A stretch of 60,286 nt of DNA from a virus (IMGVR_UViG_3300031539_000028:1-60286); one strand, 5' to 3'; positions 1 through 9,894 are shown, counted from the stretch's first letter. The notes: generated by a model not told the origin, from the sequence alone. Numbers and translations are program-made.

Positions 1-406
1 AAACCCGAGCGGGAAGCTGGTCGAGTGGAACGGGACGGACGCGTGGGTAGAGAGGGCTCCTAAGCTCGGCGGAGAGACCCGCATCTACTCTCTCTCCGTC
101 TTCAACGAGAAGCTCTACGGCGGGACATATCCAAACGGGAAGCTGGTCGAGTGGAACGGGACGGACGCGTGGGTAGAGAAGGCTCCGAAGTTTGGACTAG
201 AGACCTACATCTACTCTCTCGCCGTCTTCAACGGCAAACTCTACGGCGGGACAAACCCGAGCGGGAAGCTGGTCGAGTGGAACGGGACGGACGCGTGGGT
301 AGAGAGGGCTCCTAAGCTCGGCGGAGAGACCCGCATCTACTCTCTCTCCGTCTTCAACGAGAAGCTCTACGGCGGGACAGGCCTTCTCGGGAAGCTGTAC
401 GAGTGG
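1..406 (+). repeat. 126-bp coding tandem repeat (42-aa propeller blades)
   Basis: gggaagctg starts at 11, 137, 263 and 389 (period 126); 1-127 is identical to 253-379. Confidence 0.95.
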
Positions 407-1132
407 GGGATACCAGTCCTGCTGGCTCCGACGATAACAGGCGTGTCAGCGGTGGAGAAGATCGTCACCGTGACGGTGGCAGGAGAGGTCGGCATAACCA
501 TCCGCGCGCGTCTTGCGGCCAGCAACGGCGAAGAGATCGACGAGCAGGAGCGCGTTGGATCGGGAGACATCACGCTCACAGGCGTCGAGTGGGGCGTCCA
601 CACCGTCGTGGCGTGGGCCACCGTGGGGGACTATCTCTCAGAGCCGTCGGCTCCGGTTCAGGTGACGATGGCAGCAACTCCGAGCCGGGAGGTTCCGACG
701 CGCAGGCTCAGCAACCGTGCTCAGGTCGCAAGGGCCTTCGCCGATGCACTCGCCAAGGTTCGCAACGGGGCCTATCGCGTCCACCGCGGACCCGTGACGT
801 GGGTCGCATTCGACTTCGACGCGCACCCGCTCGGAGCGGCCGTCATCCTGGCCGAGACGCCGCTGGAAGACTCCGGCGAGGCCACCGTCATCCTCGAACT
901 CTTCTCGAAGTGGCGCGAATCGCCGGTCGAAAGAAACCGTCCGCTGAGCGATTTGACGCTTGACGACCTGTACGAAGACGTTAGACTGTCTGTGATGGCA
1001 GTCCGAAGGATGAGACGCGGGGACGGAGAGGCGATGCTGGCGGGCGTGAAGACTCAGCGTTCTACCGTCGAAGAGGTCTACGTGCAGGGCATCATAATGG
1101 GGGTAGTGGCGACGATTCCAGTCGCCTTCTAG
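2..1132 (+). CDS. C-terminal part of a beta-propeller / Ig-like / putative tail terminator fusion protein (continues from 59864 across the contig break)
   Basis: Frame +2 is open from 2 to 1132 and includes listed ORF 443..1132; four GKL(V/Y)EW 42-aa repeats, then a beta-rich domain (APTITGVS...SEPSAPVQVT), then a ~150-aa domain in the syntenic slot of the tail terminator just before the tube gene. Confidence 0.75.
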   Translation, partial: NPSGKLVEWNGTDAWVERAPKLGGETRIYSLSVFNEKLYGGTYPNGKLVEWNGTDAWVEKAPKFGLETYIYSLAVFNGKLYGGTNPSGKLVEWNGTDAWVERAPKLGGETRIYSLSVFNEKLYGGTGLLGKLYEWGIPVLLAPTITGVSAVEKIVTVTVAGEVGITIRARLAASNGEEIDEQERVGSGDITLTGVEWGVHTVVAWATVGDYLSEPSAPVQVTMAATPSREVPTRRLSNRAQVARAFADALAKVRNGAYRVHRGPVTWVAFDFDAHPLGAAVILAETPLEDSGEATVILELFSKWRESPVERNRPLSDLTLDDLYEDVRLSVMAVRRMRRGDGEAMLAGVKTQRSTVEEVYVQGIIMGVVATIPVAF

Positions 1133-1150
1133 GGTCGTCGAAGGGAGCTC

Positions 1151-1957
1151 GTGATGGGCGTCACCGGATTTCAGGACTTCTGGATCGCGGGCTCTCGCAT
1201 GTACTTCAAGCGCGACCCCGTCCTCACCGTCGACCAGCCGCTCCTCGACCTGGGCGTGCTTCAGCAGGCGACGCCCGCGCTCGAGGTCACCGAGGTTGAG
1301 CTCAAGGACGCCGACTGCGGGCTCCGCAGGACCGTCGCCAAGCAGGTGACGGACATGACGGAGACGTTCTCCGTCGAGTGCTCCAACTTCAACCCGGAGA
1401 ACCTCTCGCTCCTCCTGATGGCGACTCCGGCGGAGGCCTTCACGCAGAGCGCGACCCCGCAGACCGACGTGACGCAGGACCCGGCTCACGTGGGCTACCT
1501 CCTGAAGATCAAGGACGCGGCCGGCGATCCGGTCTACAACCTGACGTCCTTCGACGCACTCAAAGACCCGACCGCCGTGACCACGTACGTCCTCGACACG
1601 GACTACGAGATCGTGAGCCTCGAGCGCGGCCTCATCCGCATCATCGGGGTGACCATCCCGGAGGGAGAGCTCGTCAAGGCGTCGTTCACGCCGGTCGCGC
1701 TCACCGGCAAGCGGATGGTGAAGCCGCAGACCACGAACAACATCGAGGGCGAGCTGTTCCTCTTCTACTCGCGCGAGGGCTGCGCCGAGCAGAGCGTGCG
1801 GCACGCGCGCTGCAGCATCACGCCGTCGGCCGCGGGGATCAGCTCAGAGGACTTCTCCTCTATGACGTTCAACGTCACGATCCTCGCCGACGCGACGGCC
1901 GACGTGCCGGCCGGCGAGATGCTCTACTTCGAGGGCACCGTCCCCGACGCGTCGTAA
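1151..1957 (+). CDS. Major tail tube protein
   Basis: 268 aa, acidic and beta-rich; lies before chaperones and tape measure; followed by a terminator. Confidence 0.8.
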   Translation: MMGVTGFQDFWIAGSRMYFKRDPVLTVDQPLLDLGVLQQATPALEVTEVELKDADCGLRRTVAKQVTDMTETFSVECSNFNPENLSLLLMATPAEAFTQSATPQTDVTQDPAHVGYLLKIKDAAGDPVYNLTSFDALKDPTAVTTYVLDTDYEIVSLERGLIRIIGVTIPEGELVKASFTPVALTGKRMVKPQTTNNIEGELFLFYSREGCAEQSVRHARCSITPSAAGISSEDFSSMTFNVTILADATADVPAGEMLYFEGTVPDAS

Positions 1958-1980
1958 CTGCGGCGCCGAGTGAATCAACT

Positions 1981-2016
1981 GGGGCTCGCGCCGCGCAGCG
2001 CGAGCCCCTGTTTTCT
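1981..2016 (+). terminator. Intrinsic terminator after the tail tube gene
   Basis: 10-bp stem ggggctcgcg/cgcgagcccc followed by tgttttct. Confidence 0.75.
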
Positions 2017-2036
2017 GAGGGGAGAGGGGAGACGAC

Positions 2037-2555
2037 ATGGCGGAGAAAGAGGCGAGACGAGACGCCGAGCCGGCGAACGTCAGGGAGGACTTCGCGGTCC
2101 TGTTCCCGGGGCAGCATGTCGAGATCGAGACTCAGAAGGGCAAGATCGGATGGACCGTGTACCCCGTGGCGTTCCGTCAGATGCAGAAGTTCTCGAACGA
2201 GGTGGGACGCGCCATCGTCGCGCTCAGCTCCATGCAGATCAGGCGCGGCTCCACCATCGAGGAGCACGCGAGGAGCATCCTGCCGGCGGTTATCCCCATC
2301 ATCCTCGAGGACGTGCTGGACCTGGTAGCGGACTGCTGCCAGCCGGATACCGGCATCAAGCTGGACGTCCGCGATCTACCGCACTGGCACATGGCGCCGA
2401 TAGTCGAGGCGTGGTTCGACCAGTCGTTCGGAGGGCCCGAAAAACTGCGCCCTTGGGTGGCGGCGTTCGAGCGCGCGGCGAGCAGGCTTACAGGGAGGCA
2501 CGTAGACCTGTGGGCCGAGCTCTCCAGACTCTCGTCGCCGCCGGCCACCGCCTGA
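2037..2555 (+). CDS. Tail assembly chaperone (gpG-like)
   Basis: Strong RBS (gagagggga); position between tube and tape measure. Confidence 0.7.
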   Translation: MAEKEARRDAEPANVREDFAVLFPGQHVEIETQKGKIGWTVYPVAFRQMQKFSNEVGRAIVALSSMQIRRGSTIEEHARSILPAVIPIILEDVLDLVADCCQPDTGIKLDVRDLPHWHMAPIVEAWFDQSFGGPEKLRPWVAAFERAASRLTGRHVDLWAELSRLSSPPATA

Positions 2556-2770
2556 GCGACATCCTTCACCGTCGCCAGCCAGGATTCCCGTATCGAGGGT
2601 GGAGCAAGCCGCAGTTCGACATGATGCTGCGACTCGCCCGAGCCGAGCACGAGCGCAGGCAGCGCAACTTCATCGCCGGCGTTCACCTCGGAGCCGCTGC
2701 CATCTTCGGCAAAGAGGCCGGGGCGCACTACAAGCGGGCCATGAAGGAGCTCGGAGGGGACGATGCCTGA
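2510..2770 (+). CDS. Tail assembly chaperone extension (gpT-like), -1 frame relative to the upstream gene
   Basis: Overlapping -1 frame reading ...TLVAAGHRLSDI...WSKPQFDMMLRLA... and ending at the tape measure start; GTG at 2510 follows GGAGG. Confidence 0.6.
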   Translation: MGRALQTLVAAGHRLSDILHRRQPGFPYRGWSKPQFDMMLRLARAEHERRQRNFIAGVHLGAAAIFGKEAGAHYKRAMKELGGDDA

Positions 2771-5690
2771 GCGAACGGTCAGCATCCTCGCCATTCTCAG
2801 GGACAAGCTCTCCCCAGGTCTCTCCAACATCAGCAAGAACTTCCAGGGGCTCCGCACAACCGTCGGCACGCTCGGAAAGCAGTTCTCGTTCCTGACCAGC
2901 ACGGCCGCACGATTCATCGGGGCCTTCGCAGGCATTCAGGGCATTCGCAGAGCGCTGGACCTGGCCGAGAAACAGGTCGAGGCCACCACGCAGCTCGCGT
3001 TCGCGCTCGAGGGCCTTCCGGACATCTACGCGGACATAAACAAGCAGGCCAACGAGTTTCAGCGGAACACGACCGTCGGGAACGAGGAGTTCCAGCGGCA
3101 GGCCGCGATCCTGAAGGCGTCCGGCGTGGCGGCCGAAGACCTGGCCGAAGCCACGAAGGCCGTCTTTCAGGCGGCGACCGCGCTCGGCAGGCCTGTCGAG
3201 TCGATCCGCTCGCAGCTCGTCGCGATCACCGCGACTGGCACCGCGCGAGGAGAGCTCAAGGGTGCGCTCAGCGGGATCACCAAGGAGGCGCTCCTGCAGG
3301 GCGCGGCGTTCAAGGTGCTTGGCGAGCGATACGCAGGCGCGGCCGAGAAGCTCGCCGAGACTCCGTTCGGCAGAGCGAAGCAGGAGGCGAACAAGCTCGG
3401 CGACACGCTGGAGGAGATCGGCAAGACGCTGATAACGCTCAAGGTCGTAATCCTCGAGGCGGCGAACGACGCGGTGGCGAAGCTGCTGGAGCTCTTCCAG
3501 TCATCGACGTGGAAGGTGTACTCCGCCATACTCTCAGAGGTCATCTCGTTCGCGATCAACATGCTCCCGACCATCCTGTCGCTCGTCGTCGCCTACAAGG
3601 CGTGGCGGCTCGCCGTGTGGGCCGTGGTCACCGCGAAGCTCGCTCTGCTGGCGGTGTGGAAGGCGCTCCTCGTGGTCGGGGCGCTGTTCGCCCCGCTGCT
3701 GGCTCCCTGGATTCTCCTCCCGGTTCTGGTCGGAGTGGCTCTCGTGGCCGTGAGAAGCTTCTTCGGCGTCTTCAGCGGAACCTCGAAGGCGTTCGAGGAC
3801 GCAGGCAAGAAGTCGGCGGTCCTGTGGGACGGCATCGCGTCCGGTGCCATAGGGGTGAGCGACGCGCTCGCGGTGGTCAAGAACACGTTCATCACACTGT
3901 TCCTCGAGATCGGCGTCGGATTCTTCGACCCCGTCGAGTCGGCGTTCAGGAAGCTGTGGGCGATCATCGTCGGTGGCTGGCAGAGGATCAAGTCGACTAC
4001 GAGCCTGATCTTCTTCGGGATGGCAAAAGTCATCGGCGACGCGTTCTTCAACCTCGTCACGTTCATCGCGGAGAAGCTCGACAACCTGACGGGGACGAAC
4101 CTCGCCAAGGCCACGCGTGGCGGCTTCACCGCTCTGGACTCCCAGCTAGAGGATTCCAAGCGCGCAGCCATCGACGCCGTCTTCGAAACGAGAGACGCAC
4201 TCGACAAGATCGACGCCGACATGGTCAAGTCTGCCAAGACGGCAGCGAGTGCAATCGCGATGCTCGCCGCCGAGACGGAGGCCATCCTCGACAAGGCTCG
4301 GGCAGGTGCCGGTGCCGGTGCCGGTGGCGACACGATCCCAGGCGTGTCCTCCGATCAGCTTCAGCGAGAGATCGAGCTCGCCGCTCAGATAGCGGCCGTT
4401 CGCACAGGGACGAACAAGGAGGCGCTGGACATCATCTCGGCGCAGGAGGCGGAGGCGCTCGACCGAGACCTCAAGCTCGGGCGAATCGGCGAATCCGAGT
4501 TCGCCGCCGAGCGTCTCAGGATCGCGAAGGAAACCGCGGACGCCGAGGCCGACATCGTCCGCGAGCAGATAGCTGCTCTGGCTGAACTCGCGCAGTCGAG
4601 GTTCGAGTCTGGACAGGCGTCGGGAGACGTACTGCAGAAGCAGCTAGTACTCGAGCAAGAGCTGCAGGCCATGCTGGGGGAGCAGGCGAAGGGCGTCAGG
4701 GCCATAAGCGACGAGATCAACGTGCTGTCCGCAGCGCTCTCCGGCAAGGCAGCGATCGCCCAGGGCGAGCTGAACGCCGAGCTGCAGAAGACGGCCGAGC
4801 TCGTCGAGAAGGGCACCGTCACGTACGAGGAGGCGGCGGCCCGCAACGCCGCGGCCGCGAACGTGTTCAGGGAGGCGCTCACGGATATCGAGGTCGAGCT
4901 GCTGGCTTTGCAGACTCAGGGCGGCGACACCGAGGCGTTCGAGCTCGCCGCCGAGAAGATCAAGGTGATATGGGGCAAGACCGCGGACGCCATCGGGAAC
5001 GCAAGCGACGCGCTCGCCAGGCGGTCGCGGTCCACATGGACGGAGTTCGGCGCCGCGTTCCGGCAGCAGCTCGTGGCTCCGCTGACCGAACTGATGGACG
5101 GCCTTGGAGCGAGCCTCGTCGGGGTAGTCGACGGAGCCAAGGACGCCAACGACGCCTTCAGGGACTTCGGCAAGCAGGCCATTCAGGTTCTCTTGAAGCT
5201 CATTCAGCAGTGGCTCATCGCGAAGGTACTCGGCCTTCCGACGTTTGGATCGAGGGCCGGTGCGAACGCCGGGGGGCTCGTTCACGGATCTGGGCTCGTG
5301 TTCGCCGGCGGCGGACACGTTCCAGGCCCAGCCTCCGTTCACCGCGACACCGTTCCAGCCATGCTGACTCCTGGCGAGTTCGTCGTCCGTGAGTCGGCGT
5401 CGTCCTACTACGGTGCCGGGATCATGCGCGCCATGAACAGGATGCTGTTCCCGCGGGAGCTCTTCGGCAACGTGCCCGGCGGCGCTTCGCGCTACGCGCT
5501 CGGGGGCTTTCAGGCCGGCGGTGAGATCGCGGCCGGATCGACGCGCGACGGCGCGGAGCCCCGCGAGGCAGTCGTCGTCGCCAACGAGGCGGCGTTCGCT
5601 CGACTCCTCACCGGAGGTTCTGGTGCCATGCTCAGGTTCTTCGAGGCGCACAGGAACGAGATCGGTGGCATCTTGGGAAGCCGAAGATGA
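2763..5690 (+). CDS. Tape measure protein
   Basis: 975 aa, Ala-rich and helical, with a central hydrophobic segment and a C-terminal DTVPAMLTPGEFVV motif typical of TMPs. Confidence 0.9.
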   Translation: MPERTVSILAILRDKLSPGLSNISKNFQGLRTTVGTLGKQFSFLTSTAARFIGAFAGIQGIRRALDLAEKQVEATTQLAFALEGLPDIYADINKQANEFQRNTTVGNEEFQRQAAILKASGVAAEDLAEATKAVFQAATALGRPVESIRSQLVAITATGTARGELKGALSGITKEALLQGAAFKVLGERYAGAAEKLAETPFGRAKQEANKLGDTLEEIGKTLITLKVVILEAANDAVAKLLELFQSSTWKVYSAILSEVISFAINMLPTILSLVVAYKAWRLAVWAVVTAKLALLAVWKALLVVGALFAPLLAPWILLPVLVGVALVAVRSFFGVFSGTSKAFEDAGKKSAVLWDGIASGAIGVSDALAVVKNTFITLFLEIGVGFFDPVESAFRKLWAIIVGGWQRIKSTTSLIFFGMAKVIGDAFFNLVTFIAEKLDNLTGTNLAKATRGGFTALDSQLEDSKRAAIDAVFETRDALDKIDADMVKSAKTAASAIAMLAAETEAILDKARAGAGAGAGGDTIPGVSSDQLQREIELAAQIAAVRTGTNKEALDIISAQEAEALDRDLKLGRIGESEFAAERLRIAKETADAEADIVREQIAALAELAQSRFESGQASGDVLQKQLVLEQELQAMLGEQAKGVRAISDEINVLSAALSGKAAIAQGELNAELQKTAELVEKGTVTYEEAAARNAAAANVFREALTDIEVELLALQTQGGDTEAFELAAEKIKVIWGKTADAIGNASDALARRSRSTWTEFGAAFRQQLVAPLTELMDGLGASLVGVVDGAKDANDAFRDFGKQAIQVLLKLIQQWLIAKVLGLPTFGSRAGANAGGLVHGSGLVFAGGGHVPGPASVHRDTVPAMLTPGEFVVRESASSYYGAGIMRAMNRMLFPRELFGNVPGGASRYALGGFQAGGEIAAGSTRDGAEPREAVVVANEAAFARLLTGGSGAMLRFFEAHRNEIGGILGSRR

Positions 5691-7564
5691 GCATACTCGT
5701 TCCGTCTTCGCTCGTCGACGTCGAGGACTCTCCGCTGTCAAGCGAGCTGTGGGCGCTGGCGTACCTGTTCCTCGCTGACTGGAAGCTGGAAGCGTCCCTC
5801 GAGACGGCCTACTCGACCGACGTCGTCTCAGCCGAGACGGTCTCCGAGAGCCGCGTCGGACTCATCAACCGTCCATACCGGACGATGGCCGTCAACCTGA
5901 TGGGGCTGAACCGCGACGAGGGCCTGTCGCTCAAGATGGTCGCTAGCAGGCTCGCGCAGGCCGCCAACCTGATCCCCGTCTATGTGGATTCGTCGAGGCT
6001 GCTCTCAGCCGCCGACGCCGAAGACACCGCGCTCGCCTGCGACACGACGAATCGACGCTTTCAGGCGGACGGGAGAATCGTCGTCGCCGAGCCTACGAAC
6101 GGCGACGGGATGTTCTCGCAGTTCGAGGTCGCTGAGATCGAGTCCCTGACGGACTCTGAGATCACACTCAAGGCACCGCTCTCCGGAGACTTCCCGGCCG
6201 GATCGAAGGTCATGCCGCTGATGGAGGCCAGGCTCAGCCTTCAGAACTCCGGCATTTACCTGACCGCCGACACCTTCGAGGCGCAGTTCGCGTTCATAGA
6301 GAGCACTGGCGAGCAGACGCTGACTCCGACCGTGGCGCCCGGCACAGACCCTGCCGGCTTCCCTCTTGCAGAAGACGGCATCCCGATCATGGATCGCCGG
6401 TTCAACTGGAATAGCGACGTCACCGGAGGCATCCAGCGCGAGGGGGGCTACTCTCAGCTTGGGCGTGACTCAGTCGTTCAGGCTCACGGAGAGAGGGCGC
6501 GCGCCGTAGTCGGCTTCGCGGTCACGTCTCTCAACCGCGACGACGCGTTCGAGCTGCTGCGGTTCTTCGAGTCTCGCGGGGGCCGCCTTCACCCCTTCTG
6601 GATCCTCTCGCCTATGTGCGACTATGAGGCGAGCGAGATCACGCAGACCACCGTCACGGTCCGCGCAGTCGGCCCGGAGTTCGATTGGGCGTTCAGGCCG
6701 CACGTCGGGATCACGCTCAGCAACGGCACGATATACGTCGCGGAGGTCTCCGGGACCACTCGCATCGGCTTGAACGACGTCGTGACGTTCGCGGACCCGC
6801 TCCCGTCAGCTCCTCTCATTGGAGACGTCCGAAGCGTCAGGATGGCACACAGGGTGCGCTTCTCATCCGACGCCATGCGAGAGGCGTGGATCACCGACGA
6901 GACCGTCAGCGTGTCCCTGTCTGTCGTCGAGGTGCTTCAGGAGAAGAGCGTCGAGGTCGAAGGACTCCTGTCTCAGCCGAGCGGCCTCAGAGACCTGCGA
7001 GTCGAGGGGCAGAGGATCGGCGGCGGATTCGTTTGGCCGGCGCGCCCGTGGGACACCGCGCAGGTCAGCTCCGGCAGCCCTGTCCTGAAACTGTCTGCGC
7101 CGGCAATCACGGAGTTCGTGAAGGGCGGCTCGTCCGACAGGATCGGGAACAGGGTCCTCATGCGGGCGTTCGGCGTTGTCGTGGTGCGAGGCGTGTGGGC
7201 GAAGTTCTACACGGACTACGCAGGCAGCTTCGACCTCACGTTCCGCCTCGAGCGCGAGGAGGACGACGAGGTGCTCGCGGAGGTCACGCTGGACGAGACT
7301 ATGCTGGGCGTGGCACACGGCACGGTGAACAAGGAGAACTTCGCCTACGTTCAGTTCGTGGCACCTGCCTTGATAACGCGTGACCGATGGTACAGGATAA
7401 CGGTCGAGGCGAACCCGTGGGCTGACCTTCACATGAGTCAGTGGGCGGACCGGGGCCGGGAGGAGTTCCACGCCGCGGAGCGCGCCTCTGGCGAGTGGGT
7501 CGACGTGCCAGACGACGTGCTGGCGCTCGCGCTGCTTCTGGACGCCGGGGACTCTAGTCCGTGA
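5687..7564 (+). CDS. Tail protein (distal-tail-like) with extra C-terminal beta-sandwich domain
   Basis: ATGA overlap with TMP; LLRFFESRGGRLHPFW segment resembles distal tail proteins of GTA-like tails. Confidence 0.6.
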   Translation: MSILVPSSLVDVEDSPLSSELWALAYLFLADWKLEASLETAYSTDVVSAETVSESRVGLINRPYRTMAVNLMGLNRDEGLSLKMVASRLAQAANLIPVYVDSSRLLSAADAEDTALACDTTNRRFQADGRIVVAEPTNGDGMFSQFEVAEIESLTDSEITLKAPLSGDFPAGSKVMPLMEARLSLQNSGIYLTADTFEAQFAFIESTGEQTLTPTVAPGTDPAGFPLAEDGIPIMDRRFNWNSDVTGGIQREGGYSQLGRDSVVQAHGERARAVVGFAVTSLNRDDAFELLRFFESRGGRLHPFWILSPMCDYEASEITQTTVTVRAVGPEFDWAFRPHVGITLSNGTIYVAEVSGTTRIGLNDVVTFADPLPSAPLIGDVRSVRMAHRVRFSSDAMREAWITDETVSVSLSVVEVLQEKSVEVEGLLSQPSGLRDLRVEGQRIGGGFVWPARPWDTAQVSSGSPVLKLSAPAITEFVKGGSSDRIGNRVLMRAFGVVVVRGVWAKFYTDYAGSFDLTFRLEREEDDEVLAEVTLDETMLGVAHGTVNKENFAYVQFVAPALITRDRWYRITVEANPWADLHMSQWADRGREEFHAAERASGEWVDVPDDVLALALLLDAGDSSP

Positions 7565-7583
7565 CGGATCGACGGGGTGAGCG

Positions 7584-8627
7584 ATGGGCGTGACCAAGGG
7601 CGGCATCCTCGTTCCGAGCCCGCTGTCGTATGACTACGATACCATCGGAACAGGTGTAGCAGGAAGTCTGACGTGCTCGGCCTCGTCCGTGATACGCATC
7701 GTGACCAGAGTTCCGTGCAATGCCAGGATAGACGACTTCGAGGCGTTCTACGCGATGCTGCGGGTGTCCCCGGCGCTCGGCTACATCACCTTCACGATCA
7801 AGGTGACGAACCTCAGGACGTCTCAGGTGCTGTCGACGTCGTCGCACACAGTGCTCGCTCCGATCTTCACCCCACATAGGTACGACATCTCGAAGGGCAA
7901 CGAGCTTCTGCCGGGCGATCCTATAGAGGTGCTGATCACCAGGACGATCGGAGACGAGCTCCGGATGATGGCCTGGCAGAATGGCGCGTTCTTCTCCAGC
8001 GCGGTGGTCGGACAGGCGTTCCCGTCAGCGTCGGATTCGTTCCAGAGATTCACCACGCCGGCGATGTTCTTCTCGTGGCTGGACTCCGACGACGCTGTGC
8101 TGGTCGAGTGGATGCCAGGGCTCCTGCCGGCATCCGCGCTTCACTATTCAACCACCGCCGCGCGCGCGTTCGTCGGAAACCTGATCACGATGCCGTTCGC
8201 CGACAGGCGGCCGTCCGGAATATGGCTCCGTCAAAATGGCGGCACCGCGCGCTTCAAGGCAAGCATCTATCGAGAGCCGACCGGCTCGAGCGACTTCACG
8301 GAGATGTACAGCATCTTGTACCCGGACGAGTACCCAGGGTTCGTGTGGTACAGGATATTATACCTGCCATTCGACGGTGCTCAGCCCATCCTGGAGCGAG
8401 GCAAACGCTACGTCGTGGGAGTCGGCGATGCCGTCGGGCCCCAGTACTCTGGCAGCGTATACTACAGTGAATGGATCGGCTCGTCGTTTCCATCACCGTT
8501 GGACCCGGTCCACAGCGGATTCAGCTTGCTGGCAGAGGCCCGCGAGGTTGTACCGTCCGGTGCGTGGATCGCCACGGCGCGGAAGAGGTTCGAGGTCGGC
8601 CTGGTGTTCGAGGAGAGCGAGACGTGA
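7584..8627 (+). CDS. Putative tail accessory protein with two beta-sandwich domains
   Basis: 347 aa within the tail operon; second half resembles the C-terminal domain of the previous gene. Confidence 0.5.
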   Translation: MGVTKGGILVPSPLSYDYDTIGTGVAGSLTCSASSVIRIVTRVPCNARIDDFEAFYAMLRVSPALGYITFTIKVTNLRTSQVLSTSSHTVLAPIFTPHRYDISKGNELLPGDPIEVLITRTIGDELRMMAWQNGAFFSSAVVGQAFPSASDSFQRFTTPAMFFSWLDSDDAVLVEWMPGLLPASALHYSTTAARAFVGNLITMPFADRRPSGIWLRQNGGTARFKASIYREPTGSSDFTEMYSILYPDEYPGFVWYRILYLPFDGAQPILERGKRYVVGVGDAVGPQYSGSVYYSEWIGSSFPSPLDPVHSGFSLLAEAREVVPSGAWIATARKRFEVGLVFEESET

Positions 8628-9454
8628 AGCAGAGCGAGCTCGACACATCCTCCGCGAGGCTGTACGCGACTCTCCTGACCTTCAAGTGGAGTGATCAGGT
8701 CAGGCGATACGCCGCGTTCAACGAGCGCGTGGTTCGAGCGACGTCCGATTGGGGCGGGCTCGTCACCACATGGGACGCGGCTCCCGCCGTCAAGGTCGAG
8801 TTCCAGCGACAGCACGGAGGCGCCGAGGACGCTCCCATCTCGATCCTGATGCCGGCCGCTCTCGAGCCCGCCGGTGCTCTCGTGACCGGGCTCCCGCACG
8901 CAGGCGTCGATGTGCTCGTGGAAGAGATCGAGCCCGGGAACGACGGCACGCTCAGGCCAGTCTTCTTCGGACGCGTGGTCGAGGCCACGTACAACGCCGC
9001 GGGGCTCGAGGGCGCTGTCAGGCTCCGCGTCGCCGGCCTCAAGGACAGACTCAGCGTCCAGTGCGGGATCGCCATCACGAACGCATGTGTGTGGACGTTC
9101 GGCGACGGGAACTGCGGCGTCGACGTGGAGTCCCTGAAGGTCTCTGCGACCGTCGACGCAATCGCTGGGAGCGTCGTCACGCTGGACGTCGCAGGACCGA
9201 GCGCGCGCTACTATCACCGCGGATGGATCATGCGCGATGGAGCTCGCATCATGATCAGAGAGTACACGACAGGGAACGACTACACGCTCGTCAGGCCGCC
9301 GCCGCCGGGGTGGAGCGGGCAGCAGGTGACGCTCGTGCCCGGCTGCGACAAGACCAGGGATGTGTGCGACACGCGATGGAGCAACCTCCTGCGCTTCGGT
9401 GGGGCTGGGCTCGGGATTCCAGCCTACAACCCTGTCTTCGAGTCGGCGTCCTGA
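8624..9454 (+). CDS. Tail hub protein, BR0599/DUF2163-like
   Basis: CVWTFGDGNCGV and PGCDKTRDVCDTRWSNLLRFGG Cys motifs; GTG at 8624 overlaps the upstream stop. Confidence 0.85.
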   Translation: MKQSELDTSSARLYATLLTFKWSDQVRRYAAFNERVVRATSDWGGLVTTWDAAPAVKVEFQRQHGGAEDAPISILMPAALEPAGALVTGLPHAGVDVLVEEIEPGNDGTLRPVFFGRVVEATYNAAGLEGAVRLRVAGLKDRLSVQCGIAITNACVWTFGDGNCGVDVESLKVSATVDAIAGSVVTLDVAGPSARYYHRGWIMRDGARIMIREYTTGNDYTLVRPPPPGWSGQQVTLVPGCDKTRDVCDTRWSNLLRFGGAGLGIPAYNPVFESAS

Positions 9455-9894
9455 CGGCTCTCGGCCGCGTCCTCGAGAGCTGGCGGGGAACCCGCTACAT
9501 GCACGGACAGTGCTGTCGCGGGGCCGCCGTGGACTGCATCCGGTTCGTCGTCGCCGTCCTGGACGAGCTCTACGGGATGAGCCCCGAGCCAGTTCCAGTG
9601 TTGCCACCGGACACGAGCTGGCACAACCCGCGCGGCGCCTTCGAGGTTGCAAGGATAGTCGAGAGACGATATCCTCACGACAAGGTTGAAGGCGACGTCG
9701 TGGAGCCAGGCGACGTGATAGTGTTCAAGATCGCTGAGAGCCCGGGGCACGTCGCAATCGTTGGGCCCAGGCCTGGCACCATCTGGCACTCGAATCCTGG
9801 CGTCGGCGTCGTCGAGGCGGGACTCGGCGAGGTCGGCACGATGCTGCTGCACGCGTGGCGGCTGAAGGGCAAGGATCAATGGCCAGCGTTCTAG
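9451..9894 (+). CDS. NlpC/P60 tail-associated peptidase (start uncertain)
   Basis: SWRGTRYMHGQ...VDCIRFV...PGDVIVF...GHVAIV...IWHS; standard position between hub and tip. Confidence 0.85.
   Translation: MTALGRVLESWRGTRYMHGQCCRGAAVDCIRFVVAVLDELYGMSPEPVPVLPPDTSWHNPRGAFEVARIVERRYPHDKVEGDVVEPGDVIVFKIAESPGHVAIVGPRPGTIWHSNPGVGVVEAGLGEVGTMLLHAWRLKGKDQWPAF

Noticed and set aside
1-406. CRISPR array in the 126-bp repeats at both contig ends
   Set aside because: Whole units are repeated in frame with no unique spacers; they encode 42-aa blades
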